This document shows, in pieces, positions 43,838 to 53,513 of a stretch of DNA of 64,000 nt. Origin of the DNA: Candidatus Zhuqueibacterota bacterium (GTDB lineage Bacteria; Electryoneota; RPQS01). Position 1 is the stretch's first letter. Each line of letters begins with the position of its first letter. Position numbers and translations under genes: made by a program. Where the stretch lies: contig JACRMR010000025.1 in assembly GCA_016214895.1 (NCBI GenBank), positions 142,222 through 206,221 on the forward strand, in the 5' to 3' direction. Below the pieces are notes generated by a model that did no database searches, was not told the DNA's origin, and saw only the letters and a list, made by a program, of their open reading frames with translations.

Positions 43838-44736
43838 AGAACTTCTCCTCTACTACCTCGCGATGGATCTCACTCGTCGCACTCGCGGCGCTGATCGGCC
43901 TGGCCGGTTGCGGGAAACGCGAAGCAGTCCTGAATCCGTCGGGCACACTGGAAGCGACGGAGATCGACGTCGCTTCGCTGCTGGCGGGGCGCGTCCTGCA
44001 AGTGCGGGCGAAACTCGGTGATCCGGTGCGGGCAGGCGATACGCTGGTCGTCATCGACACGGAGTTGCTGTCGTTGCAACGCGCGCAGACGGAGTCCAAT
44101 GGCCGGACGCTGGCCGCACAAAAGCTCGTGGCTCGCGATGCGCGGTCGCAGGCTCAACATGGCTTGGACCTGGCGGAACTCACCTATAATCGCCTGCGCG
44201 CATTGCTCGAACAGGGATCGGTTACGCGACAACAGGTTGACGAAGCGGAAACGAAACGAGCCGTGGCGATGTCCCAAGTTTCGGGGGCCGCTCACCAAAT
44301 CGCCGCAATCGAAGCCGAAGCACTTAAGCTGCAATCGACACTTGCGGTGCTCGACCGGCAGATGAAGGACGGAGTCGTGCTCGCCCCGGCTTCCGGTACG
44401 GTTCTGATGCGGACAATCGAACCGGGCGAAATGGCCGCGCCCGGAGTTACCCTGATGCGAATCGCGGACCTGTCGCAGCTCGAACTGCGCGTCTTTCTCG
44501 GGGAACTGGATCTCGCACGGGTCAAGATCGGCCAACAACTCGACGTGTTGGTCGATGCGCTCGACGGCGCATCGCTGCGCGGTGAAATCGCGTGGATCAG
44601 TTCCGAAGCGGAGTTCACGCCCAAGAACGCGCAGACCCGCTCCGCGCGAACGCAGCTCGTGTATGCGATTAAGCTGCGGATCGCCAATCCCGACGGCAAA
44701 CTGCATATCGGCATGCCGGCCGAAGTGAAACTGTGA
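43834..44736 (+). CDS. HlyD-family efflux adaptor (YbhG-like)
   Basis: 300-aa ORF. Lipoprotein-like N-terminus LAGCG, a barrel-sandwich / coiled-coil / barrel pattern, and C-terminus KLHIGMPAEV. ATGA overlap with the TetR gene. Confidence 0.8.
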   Translation: MKNFSSTTSRWISLVALAALIGLAGCGKREAVLNPSGTLEATEIDVASLLAGRVLQVRAKLGDPVRAGDTLVVIDTELLSLQRAQTESNGRTLAAQKLVARDARSQAQHGLDLAELTYNRLRALLEQGSVTRQQVDEAETKRAVAMSQVSGAAHQIAAIEAEALKLQSTLAVLDRQMKDGVVLAPASGTVLMRTIEPGEMAAPGVTLMRIADLSQLELRVFLGELDLARVKIGQQLDVLVDALDGASLRGEIAWISSEAEFTPKNAQTRSARTQLVYAIKLRIANPDGKLHIGMPAEVKL

Positions 44737-45692
44737 ACCCCCAGGAGGAAGGGTCCGCCGCGGACGCCCGCCATCTCGGCTACATCCGCTTCCGGCAACT
44801 CCGCAAGTCCTACGGCGAAACGGTCGCCGTTGACGGTCTTGAGTTCGCGGTGCAACCGGGCGAGATCTTCGGTCTGATCGGGCCCGACGGCGCGGGCAAG
44901 ACCACCGCCATGCGAATCGCCTGCGCGTTACTGCTGCCCGACGCGGGCGAGGTTCGCGTGTTCGGTTACGATTGCGTGAGTGAAGCGCGCAAGATCAAGC
45001 ATCATCTCGGCTACATGCCGCAGCGATTCAGCTTGTACGCGGATCTCACCGTCGCCGAGAATCTGCGTTTCTTCGCGGATCTTTACGATGTCCCGGCCCG
45101 CGAGCGAATTCAACGCGAGGAACGACTCATGCAATTCAGCCGGCTGGGCCCGTTTCGCCATCGGCGCGCGGGCAAACTGTCCGGCGGCATGAAGCAGAAG
45201 CTCGCGCTGTCGTGTACGCTGATTCACACTCCGGAAGTGCTGATTCTTGACGAACCGACGACCGGAGTTGATCCGGTCAGCCGGCAGGAATTCTGGACAA
45301 TTCTGCGCGACCTCGCGACCGAGGGCAAAGCGCTGCTGGTCAGTACGCCATATATGGATGAAGCCGGACTCTGTGACCGCGTAGCGCTCATGCATCGCGG
45401 CAGAGTGCTGGGCCTCGGCGCTCCGGCTGACGTCCCGCGCCTGTTTCGACAGCGGCTGATCGAGGTGCGAGGTGAGGACCTCGATCGCGCGCGGCGCAAG
45501 TTGACGTCGTTGGCATCCGCCGTCTCCGTCAATCGCTTCGGCGACCGCCTGCACGTCGTCCATCAATCCGCCGAGCAGGAGCAGATCGTCCGCGACCTAC
45601 TGGCGGATCTGGACATCGAGCTGGAAACCGTGGAACCGACCATTGAAGATACTTTCGTCTCCTTGATGAGTGGCGCGAGCGACGCGGCATGA
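44733..45692 (+). CDS. ABC transporter ATP-binding protein
   Basis: Walker A GPDGAGKTT, signature LSGGMKQKL, Walker B LILDEPT. GTGA overlap with the upstream gene. Confidence 0.9.
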   Translation: MNPQEEGSAADARHLGYIRFRQLRKSYGETVAVDGLEFAVQPGEIFGLIGPDGAGKTTAMRIACALLLPDAGEVRVFGYDCVSEARKIKHHLGYMPQRFSLYADLTVAENLRFFADLYDVPARERIQREERLMQFSRLGPFRHRRAGKLSGGMKQKLALSCTLIHTPEVLILDEPTTGVDPVSRQEFWTILRDLATEGKALLVSTPYMDEAGLCDRVALMHRGRVLGLGAPADVPRLFRQRLIEVRGEDLDRARRKLTSLASAVSVNRFGDRLHVVHQSAEQEQIVRDLLADLDIELETVEPTIEDTFVSLMSGASDAA

Positions 45693-46480
45693 CGCACGCA
45701 CCGGCTACTCTTGTCCCTGACGAGCGTCACGGCAGCCTGGAGGGAATCGCCGTACGCGCGCGTCATTTGACCCGCAGCTTCGGCAAATTCGTGGCCGTCG
45801 ATGCGATCAATCTGGATGTTCGCCAAGGCGAAATCTTCGGATTCCTCGGCGCCAACGGCGCGGGCAAGACGACGGCAATCCGCATGCTCTGCGGACTGCT
45901 CCTGCCCTCCGCGGGTGAGGGGTGGGTTGACGGTCTCGCGATCTCGTCACAGACCAATCAAATCAAGCGCCGGATCGGCTACATGAGCCAGAAGTTTTCG
46001 CTCTACGCCGATTTGACCGTGGCGGAGAACCTGACGTTCTATGGGGGCATCTACGGGCTGACGATGCCCGAGATTCGCGAGCGCAGCGCGGCACTCTATG
46101 CGCGGCTGGGGCTCGAATCCCAGCGCAACATGTTGACGGGATCGCTGCCGCTCGGCTACAAACAACGACTGGCGCTGGGCTGCGCGACGCTGCACCGGCC
46201 GCGAATCGTCTTTCTCGACGAACCCACCGGAGGCGTTGACCCCGTCGCCCGCCGCGAATTCTGGAACCTGATCTATGAGCTGGCCGACGCCGGTTCCACG
46301 ATCTTCGTCACCACTCATTACATGGATGAGGCCGAGTACTGCGGCCGTGTCTCCATCATGGACCGCGGCAAAATCATTGCGCTGGACGCGCCGCGTGAAT
46401 TGAAACGACAACTCGGTGCGGATTCCATGCAGCAGGTATTTCTGGCGCTGGTCGAGCCGTCCGCGCGGAGTGACTCGTGA
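45689..46480 (+). CDS. ABC transporter ATP-binding protein (second ATPase)
   Basis: Walker A GANGAGKTT, Walker B VFLDEPTGG. ATGA overlap with the upstream gene. Confidence 0.9.
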   Translation: MTHAPATLVPDERHGSLEGIAVRARHLTRSFGKFVAVDAINLDVRQGEIFGFLGANGAGKTTAIRMLCGLLLPSAGEGWVDGLAISSQTNQIKRRIGYMSQKFSLYADLTVAENLTFYGGIYGLTMPEIRERSAALYARLGLESQRNMLTGSLPLGYKQRLALGCATLHRPRIVFLDEPTGGVDPVARREFWNLIYELADAGSTIFVTTHYMDEAEYCGRVSIMDRGKIIALDAPRELKRQLGADSMQQVFLALVEPSARSDS

Positions 46481-47583
46481 AACGCGTTTGGGCCATCGCC
46501 CGCAAGGAGTTTCTGCACATCCTGCGCGATCCGCGGAGTCTTGCCGTCGCCATCCTGATGCCGCTCATGATGGTCGTCTTGTATGGTTATGCGATCGACA
46601 TGGAGATGAAGCGACTGCGAGTGGCGGTGATCGACCTCGACCACACGGCTCAGAGTCGGGACTTCGTGCGGCAGATGACCGCGGGCGAATTCATCGTGGT
46701 GGTCGGAGAACTCCGCTCGCGCGACGAGATCGAACCCGCCTTTCGCCGCGGCCTCTATCACGCCGTCGTCGTGCTGCCGAACGGCTATGCCGCGTCGATC
46801 GCGACCGACGCGGTCACCCGAATTCAAGTCATGATTGACGGCGCCGACGGCACGACTGCCGCCACCGTTGACAACTACCTCAACGCGCTGATTGCCCGGG
46901 CCAATCGTGAGTTGGCGATCGAGCGGCTGGGCGTGGGGGCGATGCCGATCGAGCCGCGCCCGCGAATCTTCTTCAATCCGGAACTCGTCAGCGCGCACTT
47001 CGTCGTCCCCGGTCTCGTCGCGGTGGTCCTGATCATGATTTGCGCGTTGCTGACCAGCATCGCGATCACTCGCGAAAAGGAAAACGGCACGCTCGAACAG
47101 ATCTTGACCACACCGATCCGCGCGCCGCAGGTCATCATCGGCAAGGTCCTGCCCTACCTGCTCATCGCGTCCGTGGATGCCGCCCTCGTGATCATGATCG
47201 GCCGCACTGTCTTCGGCGTGCCGATGCAGGGATCCTGGCTCGTGCTGGCGGCTTATAGTATCATTTACCTCGGCGTTGCGCTCGGCATCGGACTCGTCAT
47301 ATCCGCCATTACGAATTCGCAGCAGGTCGCCATGATGGTCGCGCTGCTGGCCACGATGCTCCCTTCGATCATGCTCTCCGGCTTTATCTTTCCGATTCGC
47401 AGCATGCCGCTGCCGCTGCAATACATCTGCCACGTCATGCCGGCGACCTACTATCTTGAAATCATTCGCGGGATCATGCTCAAAGGAGATGCCTGGTTTC
47501 CGGTTCAGGCCGGCGTGCTGCTGGTGATGTGTGTCTTGCTGCTGACACTCGCCGCGCGCAAGTTCAACGCCCGAATCGAGTGA
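46477..47583 (+). CDS. ABC-2 type transporter permease
   Basis: 368-aa ORF. One N-terminal TM segment, a periplasmic loop, then about five C-terminal TM segments, as in YbhS/YbhR-like proteins. Confidence 0.85.
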   Translation: MKRVWAIARKEFLHILRDPRSLAVAILMPLMMVVLYGYAIDMEMKRLRVAVIDLDHTAQSRDFVRQMTAGEFIVVVGELRSRDEIEPAFRRGLYHAVVVLPNGYAASIATDAVTRIQVMIDGADGTTAATVDNYLNALIARANRELAIERLGVGAMPIEPRPRIFFNPELVSAHFVVPGLVAVVLIMICALLTSIAITREKENGTLEQILTTPIRAPQVIIGKVLPYLLIASVDAALVIMIGRTVFGVPMQGSWLVLAAYSIIYLGVALGIGLVISAITNSQQVAMMVALLATMLPSIMLSGFIFPIRSMPLPLQYICHVMPATYYLEIIRGIMLKGDAWFPVQAGVLLVMCVLLLTLAARKFNARIE

Positions 47584-48719
47584 TGAAGAGCCTCAGACCC
47601 ATTCTCTTCTTCGTGCGCAAGGAGTTCATCCAGTTCCGGCGCGACCCACAGATGAAGCGTATCGTGTTTGTCATGCCGACCATTCAGTTGCTCGTGCTGG
47701 CGTACGCCTTGACCACCGACCTGCGAAACGTCCGGCTGGCCGTGCTCGATCAGGACTGCACGCAGGAAAGCCGCGAGCTTGCGTCAGCGTTCCTGACCAG
47801 TGATCTGTTCGAGCAACGGGCCGTGGTCAAGAGCAGTGACGAGCTGGAGGTGCTCCTCAGTAGCGGCGCCGCCGATATCGGGATCAATATCCCGGTCAAT
47901 TACGCCCGGGATCTGCTGACGGCTCGGCATGCGACAATCGGCATCGTCGTCGATGGCCAGAATTCCTCCAGCGCGGGACGCGCGGTCGGCTACGCCGAAG
48001 GAATATTACGCCAGGAGTCCCTGCGGAAACTCGTGGAAATCCGTGACTCCAGTCCGCGACTCGCCAATGGCCTCCGGCGGATTGAACCCCTGACCCGCTT
48101 CTTCTACAATCCGGAGTTGGTGAGCCGATATTACATGATCCCCGGGATCGTGGCCCTCCTGCTGACCGTCATCTCCGCGATGTTGACCGGTATGGCGATT
48201 GTTCGCGAACAGGAGATCGGAACGCTGGAGCAACTGCTCGTCAGCCCGCTGCGGCCCGGACAGATGATCGCGGGAAAGCTGATCCCGTTCACGATTCTGG
48301 CTTACCTCGAACTGGCTATCGCCGCGACGGTTGCCGTGTGGTGGTTCGACCTGCCCTTTGTCGGCTCGGTTTCGTTGCTCGCCTTCTGCTCGCTTTGTTA
48401 CCTGCTCGTAACATTGGGCGGGGGTCTGCTCGCCTCGACGGTTTCCCACACGCAGCAGCAGGCTATGTTCACCGTCTGGTTCTTCCTGGTCTTCGGCATC
48501 CTCACCAGCGGGTTCTTCTACCCGATCGAGAACATGCCCAAGTGGATTCAGTACCTGACTTATGCTAATCCGATGCGCTATTTCATGGCCATCCTGCGCG
48601 CCATCTTTCTCAAGGGCGCACAGTTCTCAGACGTCCTGCCAAACCTGTTGCCCCTCGCCGCACTTGGAGTTATCACGTTCTCCACCGCGATTCTGAGGTT
48701 CCGTCGGCGCCTCGCCTGA
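47583..48719 (+). CDS. ABC-2 type transporter permease
   Basis: Start at ATG 47583 (TGATG overlap), MKSLRPILFFVRKEFIQFRRDP. Paralogue of the preceding permease. Confidence 0.85.
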   Translation: MKSLRPILFFVRKEFIQFRRDPQMKRIVFVMPTIQLLVLAYALTTDLRNVRLAVLDQDCTQESRELASAFLTSDLFEQRAVVKSSDELEVLLSSGAADIGINIPVNYARDLLTARHATIGIVVDGQNSSSAGRAVGYAEGILRQESLRKLVEIRDSSPRLANGLRRIEPLTRFFYNPELVSRYYMIPGIVALLLTVISAMLTGMAIVREQEIGTLEQLLVSPLRPGQMIAGKLIPFTILAYLELAIAATVAVWWFDLPFVGSVSLLAFCSLCYLLVTLGGGLLASTVSHTQQQAMFTVWFFLVFGILTSGFFYPIENMPKWIQYLTYANPMRYFMAILRAIFLKGAQFSDVLPNLLPLAALGVITFSTAILRFRRRLA

Positions 48720-48757
48720 GCGCCAACGACCTTGACTTGCCGCGAGGCCATCCAGCT

Positions 48758-48794
48758 TGCCGCCGCTCCCGAAAGGGGGCGGCAGTTTGTTTTG
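48758..48794 (+). terminator. intrinsic terminator of the efflux operon
   Basis: UGCCGCC..CCC-GAAA-GGGGGCGGCA followed by GUUUGUUUUG. Confidence 0.65.
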
Positions 48795-49070
48795 CGGGAT
48801 TCGCCAGATTCGCCCCGGCTCGCGACTTTGGTGCATTAGATGATAATCACGAGCAATGGTGTGTATCCTGTGTATGGGATTATACAGTTACCGGCCATTT
48901 TGGTGTCACCCTGCCCGCCAGGGCAGGCCGCGTCCGCTTGCCGACTGCGACACTTTGGTCGCACTCGTGTCGGCCTCGAATTTGGATTTCTTTGCGCTGC
49001 ACTGGAATCTCTGCTCTCCGCGTGCTAAATTACAGGTGTCGTCTGATGATTGTGAAGCAATTCCGGCCTG

Positions 49071-51254
49071 ATGCCTCCCGACCTGCCGTTTCCGTTCCGA
49101 GCCTTCTTGGCCCTCTGGCTGATCACGACGATCAGCCTCGTTGCGTTGCGCTGGGAGCCCCGGCCGCTGCCGTATCGGTTTGAGGGAGTCCGCCGATGGG
49201 AGAATTCGACCACTGTGAAGGTGCAGATCGGCCTGTTTCAACCTCACCCCGATAGCGCGAAATACGGCGTCACGTGGACCAGCGAATACCAAATTGCAGA
49301 AGGCCGCTGGCTTACCTATCTCGAATGGCACGATACCAGCGGGGCGGTCGTGCTCGTCCGCAACGCCAGGTTACCGATCGAGCGGCTTACTCAGGCTGAC
49401 GCCGACGGGGACGGTATCGACGACATCCTCGTCGCGTACGGCGCTCGCGACTCGTCCGGGCTTGTGTGCTGGAAATGGCCGGGTCTGGTCGAGTTGTGGA
49501 GGCACGATCTCCTCCAACCGCCGGAACTCCGCGGCCAGCACGTCTGGGACGCCGGAGTCACGTCCTGTCAAATCTTACCCGCGTCGAATGGTCTGCCCAC
49601 GCGACTGATCTGTTGCGTGCGATCCGCATACGGATTGCAGCCACGCGGCCTGATTGCGCTCGATGCACGAACCGGAGGCGAGTTGTGGTCGTATTGGACC
49701 GCGGCGCCACCCGGGGATCCGGATACCTGCGATGTCGATCGCGACGGCGCTCCCGAAATCCTGATCGGAAGCTATGCTCCAACTAATGGCGCTCGGTATC
49801 AGGGCTGCTCCGATGATAGCTGCTTTCTGGCACTACTCGATGGAGCCGGAAGGCAGTTGTGGCGCCGCAGCTGGCCTCCGCCTTTCCCCGGCATCACCGC
49901 GAAATTCACGCGCACAGCCGGGGGAGAATGCGGACTGCTCGCGCTGCGGACTTCGGGGGTGACCAGCGGTCCGCCCAATACGCTCTATCGACTCGATCCG
50001 CGCAGCGGCGCGACGCTGGATTCAACGGTCTTCTCCGGCATCGGCGGCGGGTATGCCCTCACACCGAGATTTGTGCGGCGGGACAGCGTTTCGGGTTTCC
50101 TGGTTTACCACAATGAATCGGAGATGGCCGTTCATTCCGAAAGCGGCGCCTTCGTGTCTGCCGTCGGACCCTATCTCGCGATTGTGGCGCAGACCGACCT
50201 CAATCTCGACGGCGGTTGCGAGTTGATCGCGCGCTCGCATCAAAGCACAACTTTCGTGCTCGATTCGTCGTTCCGAGTGGTCGCGCAATCGCCGGTCCAT
50301 GTCAGCCAGTATCACGAGCAGTTCGTCAGCGCCGACCGCGCCGTGCTCTGGCTGGCGGACGATCGGGGAGTCAGCCTGACGCACTACGAACACAATCCCG
50401 ACTACGCCCGGTGGTGGATGCGGCGAATCGTGTGGGGCCTGGCCTGGATCGCGATCGGCCTCGTCACCGCGCTGATCATCACACTCGTCGGATTTCAGTA
50501 CCGCCGGATTCAGGAACAGAAGCGCGAAGCCGATGCGAAAGCGCGCCGACTCGCCGAACTCATGGCCGTGGTGCGGCACATCGGACACCAACAAGGTGCC
50601 CCGCTTCAAGAATTCGGAGACAGACTGTCTGAACTCGAGTATCAGTCGAAGAGTGTCACGGTTGACTTGCTCGGAGAAATCATTTCAACCCGGGCCGATT
50701 TTGAGCAGCTCAAGCGCCGACTCACCGATACTATCCGCTCGATTCGCAAGTACGTGAACGCCGAGCTGCTGACGCGGCACGCCGTTGACCTCGCCGCTTT
50801 CGTTCGCACGGAATTAGGCTCGCGCAATGGTACCTCGCGAGCCTCATGGATCGAATTAGATATCGAACCCGGTATCCAGCTGGTGGATGCGGACGCCGGA
50901 CAGCTGCAGGTCCTGCTGGAAATGCTGTTGGATAACGGGATGAAGGCTTTGGCCGGCCTAAGGGATCGCAAGCCTCAGATCACGGTCAGAGTCTATTCCA
51001 TGACCGAGACGTCCCGCTCGTCCGGCACGAAGACTTGGGTTCACCTTGATTTCAGCGATAACGGTGAGGGAATCGCCCCGGAAAATCTGGAGCACGTCTT
51101 CAAGCTCGGGTTTACCACCCGCGCGGAAGTTGGAGGCACCGGCTTCGGCTTGGCGTTTGTTCACAAGACGGTCCTCGACCACGACGGCGAAATCTGGATC
51201 GAGAGCGAGAGGGGACACGGCACGATATTTCACCTGCGATTTCCGCGCATTTGA
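49071..51254 (+). CDS. sensor histidine kinase with extracytoplasmic FG-GAP/VCBS-like repeat domain
   Basis: 727-aa ORF. One N-terminal TM segment. About 400 aa with D-x-D-G-D-G-x-D-D-I-L-V-like motifs (DADGDGIDDILVAYG, CDVDRDGAPEILIGSY, DLNLDGGCELIAR). A second TM segment, a coiled coil, and HATPase_c motifs (DNGEGI, GGTGFGLAF). Confidence 0.75.
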   Translation: MPPDLPFPFRAFLALWLITTISLVALRWEPRPLPYRFEGVRRWENSTTVKVQIGLFQPHPDSAKYGVTWTSEYQIAEGRWLTYLEWHDTSGAVVLVRNARLPIERLTQADADGDGIDDILVAYGARDSSGLVCWKWPGLVELWRHDLLQPPELRGQHVWDAGVTSCQILPASNGLPTRLICCVRSAYGLQPRGLIALDARTGGELWSYWTAAPPGDPDTCDVDRDGAPEILIGSYAPTNGARYQGCSDDSCFLALLDGAGRQLWRRSWPPPFPGITAKFTRTAGGECGLLALRTSGVTSGPPNTLYRLDPRSGATLDSTVFSGIGGGYALTPRFVRRDSVSGFLVYHNESEMAVHSESGAFVSAVGPYLAIVAQTDLNLDGGCELIARSHQSTTFVLDSSFRVVAQSPVHVSQYHEQFVSADRAVLWLADDRGVSLTHYEHNPDYARWWMRRIVWGLAWIAIGLVTALIITLVGFQYRRIQEQKREADAKARRLAELMAVVRHIGHQQGAPLQEFGDRLSELEYQSKSVTVDLLGEIISTRADFEQLKRRLTDTIRSIRKYVNAELLTRHAVDLAAFVRTELGSRNGTSRASWIELDIEPGIQLVDADAGQLQVLLEMLLDNGMKALAGLRDRKPQITVRVYSMTETSRSSGTKTWVHLDFSDNGEGIAPENLEHVFKLGFTTRAEVGGTGFGLAFVHKTVLDHDGEIWIESERGHGTIFHLRFPRI

Positions 51255-51271
51255 CCACCACCACCAACGCC

Positions 51272-52582
51272 ATGCCACACATTCTGTACATCGAAGATGA
51301 ACTTGACAAGGCCCAAGTGCGGCTGCGCATTCTCGACCGATCCGGGTTCCAGGTCACGACGCTGACCGGATCCGAGGGTCTGGAAGAGGCCGTGCGGGCC
51401 CACGACTTTGACGCGGTGTTGTTGGATAACGAGCTGCGCGCATCATCCCTCAACGGGCTCGCGATCTTGCGCTGGTTGCAGGCGACGCTGCCGGAGTTGC
51501 CCGTCATCTTCATTTCCGACAAGTCCAATTATCAAGTCGTGGTCGCCGCCGTCAAGGGCGGTGCCGATGATTTCCTGGACAAGAAGGACGTGCCCGAGAT
51601 TCTGCTGGCCGTGCTCGAACGCACCGTGTCACGTTACGAGAAGCGCCGGCGGCGCGAACGCGATCTCCTGCGTAAACGCGGCATCTTCGGAAACAGTCCG
51701 CTGATGATCGCCCTCTGGCAGGAGATCCGCGCCGCCGCGCGACACCGCCGTCCCGTTACCCTCACCGGACCCGCCGGCACCGAAAAGAAGCAGCTCGCCG
51801 AGACCATCTGTCAACTCATGCGTCCGTCGCTGCGGGGCGACTTTGTCGTCGTCACTTGTCGCGGCGCTTCAGCCGATTCACTGTCGAGTGAACTGTTCGG
51901 TTCACGAGACCACACTTCGGCTCCCCGCAGCCGGCTCGTCGGCAAGATCGAGTCCGCCGTCGAAGGCACGCTGTTTCTTGACCATATCGATGCGGTTCCG
52001 GTGGACATCCAGGGCGAACTACTTGAACAAGTCCGATCCGCCGATGCGGTACGACTGATCGCGTCCACGGAATGCGGGATCAAGGTTGCGCTCCGGCGCG
52101 ACATTCTGCGTAAAGACCTTGCCGAGTATGTGGCCGACAGCGAAATCCGGATTCCGTCCGTGCACGAACGAATCCTGGCCTCCGCCGAGGACTTCCGGGA
52201 TCTCTGCGACTATCTGATTGAGACGCTGGGGTATGAAACGGGATTGCGGCCAATAGAATTAGATACAGGCGCCCGGCTGGCCCTGGAGTCCTACGCCTGG
52301 CCCGGGAATCTCGATGAACTCCGCGAACTGCTCGGCCGCCTCTACGGCCTCGGTCGCACGAAGGTGTACGCGGAAGACATCGAAGCGGCATTGCGAGCGC
52401 CCGGACGGCTGGCGCTCGGACTTGGGCTCCCGCCGTTCGCCAGTTATATGACACAGATCGAAGAGCTGTACTACTCCGACCTGCTCAGAATCGGCGCGGG
52501 CGACTGGACCCGGATGGAACAAGTGTCCGGACTCAACCGGGACAAACTCCGCTACTATCTGAACAAGTACAAGCGACATTGA
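51272..52582 (+). CDS. NtrC-family response regulator with degenerate AAA+ / sigma-54 contact motifs
   Basis: Receiver domain (ILYIEDE...DAVLLDNEL...FISDKS...GADDFLDKK). The central domain is collinear with bEBPs, but Walker A is GPAGTEKK, GAFTGA is replaced by DHTSAP, and Walker B is FLDHID. WPGNLDEL is retained. C-terminal HTH-like tail. Confidence 0.7.
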   Translation: MPHILYIEDELDKAQVRLRILDRSGFQVTTLTGSEGLEEAVRAHDFDAVLLDNELRASSLNGLAILRWLQATLPELPVIFISDKSNYQVVVAAVKGGADDFLDKKDVPEILLAVLERTVSRYEKRRRRERDLLRKRGIFGNSPLMIALWQEIRAAARHRRPVTLTGPAGTEKKQLAETICQLMRPSLRGDFVVVTCRGASADSLSSELFGSRDHTSAPRSRLVGKIESAVEGTLFLDHIDAVPVDIQGELLEQVRSADAVRLIASTECGIKVALRRDILRKDLAEYVADSEIRIPSVHERILASAEDFRDLCDYLIETLGYETGLRPIELDTGARLALESYAWPGNLDELRELLGRLYGLGRTKVYAEDIEAALRAPGRLALGLGLPPFASYMTQIEELYYSDLLRIGAGDWTRMEQVSGLNRDKLRYYLNKYKRH

Positions 52583-52718
52583 GTGTGCCTCCATTCACCG
52601 GAAAAGCTCCCGGCGGTCCCGATGTCAGACCTGTAACCTTATATAATATATGGAAATGAATGGATGGCCCGACTCGCGACGGGTTTTGTAGATTGGCTCT
52701 GCAAGGAGGTGACGCGGC

Positions 52719-53072
52719 ATGCCTGAGCCAACTACGATCTGGAGCGAGCCTGAGGTGTTACTATGGGAGGGCCGCGTGAGCCCGTGGGCGTCGCCGTTGC
52801 GATTCTTCGTCGCTCCCACAGCGTACCGGATTACCAATCGACGATTGACTGAGGTCCGTTCCCATTTGATGCGTTGGGGCAAGCAAATTCGAACCTGGGA
52901 TGTGGACCGCATCGAATACGTTCGCGTCTATTCCTCGTTTTGGCAGCGCCTCTTTGGTCTCGCCGACGTCGAACTCGGCGCGCGATGGCAAGCCATTCGT
53001 TGGACGAACCTCGGGCACCGCTCCGCGCTCGAGACCGCTTTGACTAACGCCGGGCTGCGCATCGTCCGCTGA
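52719..53072 (+). CDS. bacterial PH-domain (YdbS/YdbT-like, DUF304) protein
   Basis: 117-aa ORF with a strong SD AAGGAGG. Pattern YRITNRRL....WDVDRIEYVRV..SFWQRLFGLADVEL is typical of bPH_2. Confidence 0.5.
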   Translation: MPEPTTIWSEPEVLLWEGRVSPWASPLRFFVAPTAYRITNRRLTEVRSHLMRWGKQIRTWDVDRIEYVRVYSSFWQRLFGLADVELGARWQAIRWTNLGHRSALETALTNAGLRIVR

Positions 53073-53143
53073 ATCGCCAACCGCGCAACGGCCTCACATC
53101 CGAACTTGATTTGCCTTAGCAATGGCATACTAACGGGGACAAT

Positions 53144-53386
53144 ATGCATGAGCTTCTGGAGTTGGTTCAGATTTCGCGGAACAAGTATCCGGTGCACCAC
53201 CGGCATGCGATGCGCGCATTCGAATATGAACTGGTGAATACGATCCTCGATTCGTGCGGAGGGAACAAGTCCAAGACCGCCGAAATCCTGGGACTTTCGC
53301 GGCGCCAGCTGCAGCGCATCTTCGCCCGTTGGGAAGGATTGCAAGATCAACCGACGGATAGCGAGGTCGAAGCGATGGTCGGCTGA
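53144..53386 (+). CDS. stand-alone Fis-type HTH (HTH_8) DNA-binding protein
   Basis: 80-aa ORF. FEYELVNTILDSCGGNKSKTAEILGLSRRQLQRIF matches the C-terminal DNA-binding domain of NtrC/Fis. Confidence 0.55.
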   Translation: MHELLELVQISRNKYPVHHRHAMRAFEYELVNTILDSCGGNKSKTAEILGLSRRQLQRIFARWEGLQDQPTDSEVEAMVG

Positions 53387-53513
53387 CCGACCGAGGCAGT
53401 CGGCCAAACTGCCGAACCGGTGCGCCGGCGTCCCACCGGATCGCTGAAACCGCCGGCCGGTTGTGGCTCGATTCGACTTGCGTTTTCGCCAAAACCGCCG
53501 TAGATTCTCCGGC

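Noticed and set aside
53464-53481. Sigma-54 promoter-like TGGC...TTGC upstream of the beta-helix gene, considered because of the nearby NtrC-like regulator.
   Set aside because: The GG-to-GC spacing is 3 nt longer than the fixed -24/-12 spacing, and the flanking consensus bases are missing.
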